Assembly (NCBI GenBank): GCA_951406725.2
Contig: OX597822.1
Coordinates: forward strand, 7,626,001 to 7,690,000
Reading direction: 5' to 3'
Source of the DNA: Octopus vulgaris
Lineage: Eukaryota
Length of the DNA stretch: 64,000 nt
Each line of letters starts with the position of its first letter. The first letter of the stretch is position 1. The notes below the pieces were generated by a model that saw only the letters and a list, made by a program, of their open reading frames with translations, was not told where the DNA came from and did no database searches. The position numbers and the translations under genes are program-made. Shown here piece by piece: positions 52,004 through 64,000 of this stretch.

Positions 52004-54441
52004 ACTCGCGCATGTGTACATATATATATATATATATATATGCTTCTATTCATATGTGTAAAGACATATAAATACATAGCCGGTATTCGGCGTAGAGTGA
52101 ATTAGAGTATTTACTGTGCTATAGACCATTGCTGGCTGCGTGAGAAGGTTAGAAAATCTTATGCAATTATCTAAACGTATCGTCTTGCCATGAAATTCAA
52201 TACTCAATGTAATCCGAGCTGGTTTTCATGAAAATATGTTACTTACGATTACCAGAATAAGATGTTATTCATTGGGATTGACTTTCCGTGATTGGAAAAC
52301 ATTATTTTTGCAGAAAAGTTGCTGTGTTGATTTTATTTTCTTATTTCCTTGTGGTAGTAAGAATAACACAGCTACTAAGTTTACGTAATCATTTAGTACT
52401 CATGGATATTGTATTTTGTTTCTAAGGAGACGAGCCGTTACAGAAGCAATATTGTGATAAATAACTTTATTGATCTACGTTCTTTTAAGACAAAAAGCAC
52501 TGGTAATTGAGAGGTATGAATTCCTGCTATTACGTGTGTGTGTGTGTGTGACTCTGTGTGTATCTATGTATGTGTGGGTGTATATCTGCGTGTCTGTGTG
52601 TTCGTGAGTGTCTGTGTATTTTGGACTCGTTAAAGATGTTTGAATGAATTTTCGAGTAGTGAGGAAGTGTTGATGTGGCTACATAAATATACACACGTGC
52701 ACATATCAACCATGGAACGTTTTATCTCTCTTAGAAACGGGTTCCTTTTTCGGAGGAAGAATTTAAACAATTAAAAAGAAGAGAAACACATCTGTCTCCA
52801 GAAGGATTTGAACTGAAATTTTGCAATCTAAGTTAACTGAGAAAAATGCGTAGTTCCTAAGAAAAGTTAGAAGGATTGAAAGCAACAAATAATAATAAAA
52901 AGTCACATGTTACTTCGTTTTTATTTTATTTTATTTTATTTTGTATAGAAAATGTTTTCAGTATATGCATTTCTGGGTTTAGCGGCTGAGAGTGTGCTTT
53001 ATGTAGTATATGAAAAAATGTCTTATTTCTCTGTCCCGTACCTGTTTTCGGTGAATTCCACAACCACATTTTGTGTAATATATTGCTCTTGGTTTATCAT
53101 TATCAACTGTTAATTTTAGAATCAGCTATTGTAACTGGACTGAAACATATGTGGAAGGATGCAAAACACCCATAATTTGGATGGCAATCCCTCGTGTTAA
53201 CAACGCTAGTATCAGTAGTTCTGGAAAAGTGGTTATTATTCACCAAACATTAAAGATGTAAGTTGTCCGGCACTTGATAAAATCCAAAGCACGTTTGATA
53301 TTCACAATAGTTCCAAGATCACAAACGACAGTCTGCAGGAGCTGGCCACATCATTTACCCGATTAAATATAGCATAAATTCTGGACATAATTAAGCACAG
53401 ATGTAAATAAAATGAGCGAAAGTGCTATTTATCTCCCAATATTTTACACAAATAGTGAATGTTAATTTTGTTGTGAAGAACAATTCGGAAATCGATTGGA
53501 AAAATCAACTATAGTGATATTAGTTTTGGTAATGACGATGACATCTGAGTTGAGATGGAAACATAATGGTAACGACAAAATATAGACCTATAGAAAGCTA
53601 AACAAAAAAAGAAAACAATTGAACATTAATATTTATGATGTCTGATATTAGTTTAACTCTACACATTTTACGTTTCATTTGCTAAGGTTGCTTATAAATT
53701 TCTGTGTTACATTTATTTATATAAACTGTCGTCTCTGTTACTCGTCGTTTTACTTGTAATATTTTTCCTTTGCCTGTATTTTCGGTTAGACATTTGATTT
53801 AAATATTCATTAGTTTCCGATTGCTAATAGAACAATAAAACTTCCCTTTCCTGTGTAATTTCTGTCGCCTCTATCTGCGATTTTGGTATCGTAAAATCGT
53901 TAGAAATTTATATGATTTATGATTGAAGATCACAATTTTATATTCTGTTATCTCATATTCTTTTAACACAGTGTATAATATCACACCCCGGTACACTGAA
54001 ATATAAGCAAAACGAAAGTACTCTATTGTTATGAATGTCCCCAGTGTCTATCAGGTTAAGTAAAAATGCGAGTAATTATTTCAAACTCTGTGATTTAGGA
54101 TACGGATGACAAATCATCGGCTTAGAAGTTACAAGTGTCCAGTGGATGTTGTGACAAAAGGGTTCCACCGATAATTAAAAGACCAGCATTCCACAGGCTT
54201 ATAGGAATATTGATGTATACATCAGTTTTATTGCTAAAAGGAGACTTGAATGATTTTTGCTCCCTCATAGCAAAAAATGAGAAGCTACGATGAATATTAA
54301 AATTATTACATCCTCTACCAATACCCCTCACTTTTTCTCTTCTAAGGAGTTGTTGAGTATTGTTGTATATATTGTTGTATATATATATATATACGACATA
54401 TATATATATATATACGAAGGCGCATGGCTCAGTGGGATTAT

Positions 54442-56125
<1,684 letters not shown>

Positions 56126-56754
56126 AAAAATGCACATTTCTAATGCTAAATCTGATCAGGATCTGAAGCTGTGCAACGTATCGAATTTAGTGAAAGAATC
56201 ACACAAGGATAGACTTTTGTCATCCGTAGTATGCATTAGGGTATGAAAATTATCAGCTGAATATTTCTTGATAGTTGAAAATTGAAACATGTTTTACATC
56301 TAATTTCGACTCGTTACTTACTTTGACCGCTTGTAAGGGAATTAGAAAAAAGTGTAATTAATATGTTACCATATTCGTTTAAATTTTATCAACTATTAAT
56401 ACATATGAAGAATGATCAAACTATTAACGGTTCATTACTTGATTGATGAGAATACAACAAATTCTCACAGTTTGCCGTTTTAAGATAACGAAATTAATAA
56501 CCAGTTTGTGAGTTATTAGTTTATTTAGCAAGTGTCTAAACTAACAGGTTTTATCCAGGTTTTAATTAGAAATGGGATGATGAGAAAATGGAAGAAACAA
56601 ATTAAAAAATTCGATAGTATAAATAATCAGTTGGCTATAATATTAAAAACATATTAATTTTACTGTTATTATCTAAAGATACAATATCTAGATGTATTCA
56701 TCCACGCGTTTCTCAATGTGGAGCCTGTATTTGCTTTGTTTTTTTCAACAAGTA

Positions 56755-56925
56755 GGAACAGGAGTGGCTGTGTGGTAAGTAGCTTGCTAACCAACTACAT
56801 GGTTCCGGGTTCAGTCCCACTGCGTGGCATCTTGGGCAAGTGTCTTCTGCTATAGCCCCGGGCCGATCAATGCCTTGTGAGTGGATTTGGTAGACGGAAA
56901 CTGAAAGAAGCCTGTCGTATATATG

Positions 56926-56962
<37 letters not shown>

Positions 56963-57185
56963 GTTTGTGTGTCTGTGTTTGTCCCCCTAGTATTGCTTGA
57001 CAACCGATGCTGGTGTGTTTACGTGCCCGTCACTTAGCGCTTCGGCAAAAGTGACCGATAGAATAAGTACTGGGCTTACAAAATAATAAGTCCCGGGGTC
57101 GATTTGCTCGGCTAAAGGCGGTGCTCCAGCATGGCCGCAGTCAAATGACTGAACGAAGTATAAGAGTAAAAGAGAGTAAAGAGTA
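56755..57185 (+). mobile_element. Full-length SINE family A
   Basis: A and B boxes, internal microsatellite, TAAAAGAG tail; possible short TSD AAGTAG. Confidence 0.9.
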
Positions 57186-57809
57186 AGTAGCAGAGAAACA
57201 AAAACTGGAGGAGAGTATGCAGAAACATTCTATCACTGGATGTAATGCATTGCAGGATCGTTTCCTACGTTTTAAAGCGTTCACACACTGCTTCATGATG
57301 GTCACTGCTTTCTCTCACAGCGCACACAGCCGTGTACTGACATAATATTCCAGTTTAGTTCAAACTTCTCCCTATTGTTTTATGGCCAGGACAGTCTAGT
57401 ACTAATCTAGCAATAGTTGCTGTCAATGTTGATATGCTGAAAAATGTCTAATGTTTAATAACATTTCTTATGATAGATTTTCAACTTTCAATAACTGTAA
57501 TTATTGACTGTGTAAAGAGGCACCACGCATTCAAATATTTGGTGTTATTCAGAACAGTTTATTTCATCGAACCGGCAAGAATGTAAAACAAGATAGTGAC
57601 GCCTGTACATATGCACACTCGCACACACACACATACACACACGCACACACAGACACACACACAGACACACACACACACATACACACATATGTATGCATAC
57701 ATACATACACACATTCACGTATAGATATATGCATATACACACATCGATGCACACACTCACATACATATACATATATACATATACGTATACGGATCTAGGC
57801 TGCATTATC

Positions 57810-58960
57810 ATTTGTCAAATACAATTTATTCGAATATAGTTTCTCAAGTTCAGGTATCTTAAGAGTTGTTGGCGCCATGTATACAGCGAGTTTTGTATGG
57901 TCAGGATTGTAATATGTGAATATATTTTTGGCTGCGTGTAGGCATCTGGGTAACTGTTCATTGAATTTATTTAAAATGCGCTCCTTTGCTAATATCATCG
58001 GGAGTGAGTCCTCGGAGCATAACGGGGATTTCCACGATATAGTATTGTAGGGACTCGCATGTCTGTGTATGGACTATGGAATGTCGTATTTTGTCTTCGC
58101 TTCCTTAAGCCTCCAGATAAAATCGGCCAGCGATATTACATGTCGTTTAAGGATATTTCGAAAGCTGTGGTTGCAGTATCGATTTCTGCAAAAGCAGCCG
58201 ATGCACCGATATATACAGAGTAGCCTACTGTAGTGTTTATAGTGCACTTGTATATCACGTTCTTAATCATACATTGGTTTTCCATCGGACAATTGGATAT
58301 GTTATATCCCTTCATGAGCATAACTGCTCGATTTTGATGGCTTGTATACATCGGACGCTAGAGGGATTGGTTCTCTTCGGTATTTAGGTAGTCAGTATTA
58401 TCGTTTTATTATCGCTAGGTTTTCTCAGTTTATTTGGTGGTGTCATTTTTTGTTTGGTATCGTGGATATTATAGCTATGGCTCTGTTGGTTGGTAATATA
58501 ATTCGAGTTATAAACGTTGTCTTTAGGTTAATCATTTGAGTTATGGTTGATGTTGAGAAGATTATTTTGAGTGCTGACTAAACTTCGTCTCAGTTTACGT
58601 TTGTTAATCCTGTGAATATGGTGCTCAAAGCTTGATGAATTTGCATAAAATAGTTTTGTAGTCTCACTGTTGAATATTTTGCTGTACACTCCATTTTTAG
58701 GGAAGCAGCGATCAAGTGCGGTGAAGAAATGTTTCGGGATCTCAGATAAAATGTTGGAGCTCCAGATTAGGTTATATCAAAGGACGTCATGGTTTTTATA
58801 TTTACGGTCAGGTCTGTTTGCCCGGGTGCTCGAAGCGGCAATTGGATTTGTAGCGTTAGGTTTTTAATTTCTTGTCTGTAACAAGTTTTTTCTAATTCCT
58901 GACGGATTCTAATGTATCTGGGTTTGATTAGTCTTAAGGTTTGGGTTTCTATTATCTAGG
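57810..58960 (-). pseudogene. Penelope-like element remnant (RT C-terminus, linker, GIY-YIG endonuclease)
   Basis: FTALDRCFPKNGVYSKIFN, NCPMENQCMIKNVIYKCTINT..VYIGA, LNKFNEQLPRCLHAAK. Confidence 0.8.
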
Positions 58961-59075
58961 TTTTGGATTTTGTGTGTGTATTTATTGTTGTGTTTGGTAA
59001 AGTTGATTTATAAGAGTTGTTATTATTATTACAACTACTACTGGCATATATATATATATATATACACACACACGC

Positions 59076-59154
<79 letters not shown>

Positions 59155-62100
59155 TAGAGAGAGAGAGAGAGAGAGAGCGATGTGTGTGTGTGTGTATGTC
59201 TGTGTGTCTGTGCCCTCATGTTTGAATATGAAAATATAGATATTTAAAGTTAAACCGATATTCAAGTAACCGGACAAAGAGGCACGTCATTTTTACCGCC
59301 AACAAAACAGCTCTTTAAGACCTATTTTTATGACCAGCGTATTGATTTTTTTGCATTAACTTATGATTCAGTAATATGTTAGAAGGGAATCTTGTAGCAA
59401 CATATTTTCCTGCGACATATTTTTGGAAACAAGGTAACATATTGAGATTGAATGCTGTAACAATTTTACATAGAATGCAAAACGAATTATATATGCTGTA
59501 GTAAAGCTCACATTCTTCCTATTAGCATCCTCATTGAAATACATTATGCTAAGAGAAATAGTGATTTCTAACATAAACATACTGCAATATGTTTAGGAGA
59601 TGATAAACTATTTATCGTCTTCAATGTGTACGTAGCACTTATTTTATCTAAAGCAAGACATCAGGATGAAAGGAAGTATTCTGGAGGATTACCGATCCAG
59701 ATATGAATGATGAAACTTAAATATAGGAAGCTAATAACGCTGACACAATTATGCAATCGGCTGACAGTTATACAAAACTCTACTGAAAAATGTGTTCCCT
59801 GACAAAGTATTAGAAAGAATTTACTCTGAACTCAGAATGTACATTCCGGGCACTTGCTTCACCCTTATATCTACATATTCAGGTTCACTTTTAGTTTTGG
59901 AACTTTGGAAATCTAACATAGAACTTGATATGAAATATCACAGGGAAAAGTTTTTCTTTTATCATATGCTGGTTGATGACACCCATTATACTTTCAGTAA
60001 GCGAATCGCATTTGCCTCTGAATTTTTTCTGGGTTATTCTCCACTAAAGATGCTGTATATTTGTGAGATGCACCTAGTACTCTTCAGATATCAGATACAT
60101 ACAACTTAAATTGATAAATAGCAAAGTCTGCATTCTTATTGACCTTTAAAGTTAGCATTGTCAAGTATATTAAATCCGCTTCCTCAATGAATGACCATGC
60201 TTAACTTCTTGTCATCGCAATACCAGTACACCCAAAACGGAACTTTATACACTTCGCTGGAGTTTTCAGTATTTGTTAAATATCCCCTGGGTCGTCGACG
60301 CATTATGGATTAATGATAAGCTGTTACTGGAGCAATGCATCATAGCTAAATGTTTTTTAAAAATTTGATGAGGTACTTTGCCCAATCCCCTTTGTTAAAG
60401 ATATTAACCTTGATAGCCAGATGTTAATTTCCAACCAACTTTTACATTGGATAATAGCCAGCTTCAATAATATTAATCAAGCAGACCTTCCATCAATGAA
60501 CGTGACTTGGGAATTTTCCAGTTGGCGAGGCGCAAACAAATCAACTTCCTTTGTCAATTCCCTGTCTTCTTACTACTACTTGGTCCTCCAGTTCGATGAT
60601 GATTGATTGATATTCTACAATATTCGGCAACATGAGGTGAGTGATGATTATTTAGACACGCTAACATCTATGAGAGATGAGATGTAACTCAATTATGTTT
60701 TGAATTAAAATGCTTTCGATATGTTCCTTTTTATAATGACCTACAATCAAATATCGATATATGAATCAGTGATGGAAACTATGAAGAATGACGATGGCAA
60801 CAAGCGTGGCCGAACAAAAATTAAACCACACGATAGACAATTGAAATCGATTCCAAAATTTCGGATGGTATACGTACAAATCAACACAATGAAGATGAGG
60901 GTGTATATTGTAACTTGGAGCACTTGTGATTCATGAAAATAGATAGACATTTAATATACCCTGGAAATTATCTGACTGCCCAGTTTTAGAAAAACATTAA
61001 ATATCCAGTGTATACTGCTCGGAAATTAGCCGCGGAGAGGTATGCATTATTCATATCTCAAATCCTTCTCAGAAAGTTATATATAGTTTCGAAGTAGATA
61101 AACATATCGCAAATTATTTACAACTATAGATTTGACCCAGTAACATATTTCTAAGACAAAAAGATATCGTTGAATTTGGCGGTTTGATTAGTGTATGATT
61201 TACTCTTACTCAGATATGTCAATGTAAATATTTTGGGAAATTTATGGACATCATTTTAACTAGTTAACTGCGAACTCATTTCAGTAAGTTTAAAATATTG
61301 TAATCTATGAATTCATTTCATTGAGAGAACATATAAATATACTACTAAGCGCAATACATTATATTCATTTCTTGTTATATGATATTCTAAAATAATTTTA
61401 GTTTGATAATACTTTCTTTCATTGGAGAAAAGAAAACGAATATGTGTTAGTTGCACGAAGATATATTAATTAGATGCTCCTGGACTTAATGAAAGTAATG
61501 TAGATAATATCGTACTAATAATTCCGGGTAATTATTAATATATCAAAAGAAAATTAAAAATACGTCAAATATATAATTTCTAATATAAAGATATTGTTGC
61601 GACAACCTGAAGATATTCGTGAACATTTTAATCAATAGATGCCAGTAAGAAGTAAACTCCTAATTTAATCAATCATTTTATAAAATACTAGATATCAGTT
61701 TCAAAATATTTATATCAAAAATACCAAGATGCGAGTCTGATTTGATTCTTGAAAGTCATTTCCAATTAAATTCAACAAATACGAATTTATAATTTAACTC
61801 TCCAGACGCCAAGCTAATTGAGAATATTGGATATTCATTACCAATGAAACTTAGGATACTCTGTGAACATAATTCAAAGTGACTTATATTATATTAATTC
61901 CAGTATAACTGGAAGTGACGTAGTAAATACTGTAGAACTGGGGATTAATTTGCTGACAATATTATATTAAACTGAATACACTCATTTAAGCTACGAATAT
62001 TGTTCTGAGTGTAACGTACTTTTTTATCTTTCAGTATTAGTGCCACACGTTAAACCACTCATATATATTTGTGCATATGTAAACGTACACAAACACAGAC

Positions 62101-62667
62101 ACACACGACACATACACATATACATATAACTATGTGTATGTATATGTGTGTGTACTTGGAAATGGCTGCGTAGCGTTCAATTAAATAATTAAAAAAAAAT
62201 AAATATGTATATGCATATATGGGTACGAGACATTACTAACTGTGTAAACAACACGAAGTAAGAAAAAAAAGAGTTAAATAGGTAAACGGCGAGAGAAAAA
62301 AATGGAAAACAGGACAGGTAAACGCAGAGAAAGACACTCCATCAGTTGTGGTCTGTGTATCTACTCCTCATTTCGTGCATGCAACGACAAAATGAGTCTC
62401 AAAAACAGTTGCTCCCATAAGTTCCAAAAAGAAATCTTGGATTTATGGAGGGCTAAAGTTGGGAACGAAAACAGGTCGGTGGAGATATACAAGGGCACTG
62501 AACGAAAACAAACATGGAGAGTCATTGGACCAGAAGGAGAGGAAACTAGTGAACGCACGGAGTAAATACTAGAGTATAGAGTAGCATGAAAAAGAGTAAG
62601 ATAAACTTGTAAATGCGTGCGGGACATTCAATTAAATAATAATATGAAGTATATATATATATATATA

Positions 62668-62740
<73 letters not shown>

Positions 62741-63074
62741 GAGAGAGAGAGAGAGAGCGAGAGAGAGAGAGAGAGAAGAAGCAAGAATACTGCAGATTCA
62801 GTATAATCCGCGTGGCAAACTTATGACTTGAAAATATGCGGAAAACATAAAAAGTGGAAGAGAAATGACTTCGTTTCACATAGTTTAATATCTTTTTATA
62901 AAGAAGTTTTTAAAAATGTATCCGTATTTTATGGATGTAATGATAACCAACGACTTTTCGCAATTTCACAAAGGTACCTTACAGTTCCCTGTCCAGTCAC
63001 GCAGTGTAAAGACATTCTTTTCTTTTTCTAATACATCTTATTTCACTGAACGTCGAACTCGCTTCGGACAAAAC

Positions 63075-63260
63075 TAGTTTCTCCTTGAAGATTTTTTACT
63101 CCAATGAATCGCCTCCAGCGATAATTTTGATTTCAATCCTGGTAGTCATTCTAAACTCTTTGGCAGACTGCTTTGTTTCGGTTATATAAACATAGCGATA
63201 CCAGTTGTCAACTGGTGGTGGAAGACTAACACAGACATAAAGACACACACATACACACAC
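63075..63260 (-). mobile_element. Highly degenerate SINE family A 3' fragment
   Basis: Minus strand CCACCACCAGTTGACAACTGGT...TTTATATAACCGAAAC resembles the family A 3' half. Confidence 0.4.
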
Positions 63261-63840
63261 ACACACACATGCACACGCATATACGTGCATGCACACACAC
63301 ACATATCTACACACACACTCATGTAAAGATGTCTAAAGAAAATTAAGGAAATATGTAGTAGTCATATAAAATATTTTCATTATATTGCATGTAAGTACTA
63401 CACTTAGCAGTACAGTGTGCCGATGACCCTGGAGATATTCCAGCAGAATTTCTCGGGATTGGTGACCAGAGAAGAGCGTGATAGATAGGAGCGCTTAGGG
63501 CGAGCATAAAGAAGGTTTCAATGAGGCGACGAGACAACGTGAGACGAAGTATTAAAATGGGAGTTTGCTGAATTATTACGGAGCGCTGGAATCAGATTTG
63601 AGAAGGTATGGTGATGGTAATACATACCCACATGTAAATACAGGCACATGCACACATACGCGCATGCGCCTAGAGACAGAGAATCACTTAAAGATACTAG
63701 TTGAGTTTTAAAACCTCCCTAGTTTGTCTTCAATGTATGGAACTGTTAGTACTTATACCTACAACAAACTCCATATATTATAGAATATTGTTTTCTCTCA
63801 CCAGATGGAGGAGTTGATCTTATCATAACGGAAAGTAAAC

Positions 63841-63871
<31 letters not shown>

Positions 63872-64000
63872 ATGTATATGTGTGTGACATTGTGTGTATA
63901 TATATATATAAAACTCAACTTGTGTGTCTGTGTGTGTATATGTGTGTTTAACTTCCCGGCACATCTTCTCCTAGCAAACAAAACGTAGAACCACCAAAAA

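Overview
AT-rich, microsatellite-dense eukaryotic DNA with no intact protein-coding gene recognisable; the SINE repertoire resembles Octopus (coleoid cephalopod) repeats, which is an inference. Most ORFs in the supplied track are translations of (TA)n/(CATA)n/(AAT)n repeats. The window is largely transposon remnants: one nearly complete mariner with TIRs, three more mariner fragments, a DD37D/maT element, a Chapaev3-like element, a non-autonomous Helitron, RTE, R4/Dong and Penelope (GIY-YIG) retroelement remnants, and many tRNA-derived SINEs. The strongest hidden signal is a set of type I hammerhead ribozyme motifs (five well formed, several decayed). They sit in apparently unrelated short non-coding elements embedded in (TA)n tracts, and several show Penelope pLTR-type architecture (inverted 5' copy plus terminal direct repeat), so they are candidate cephalopod retrozyme-like or non-autonomous Penelope elements. 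A possible host terminal exon (minus strand, 17658-17857) has its stop codon abutting the mariner insertion site. All calls are by eye, without database searches or folding software.
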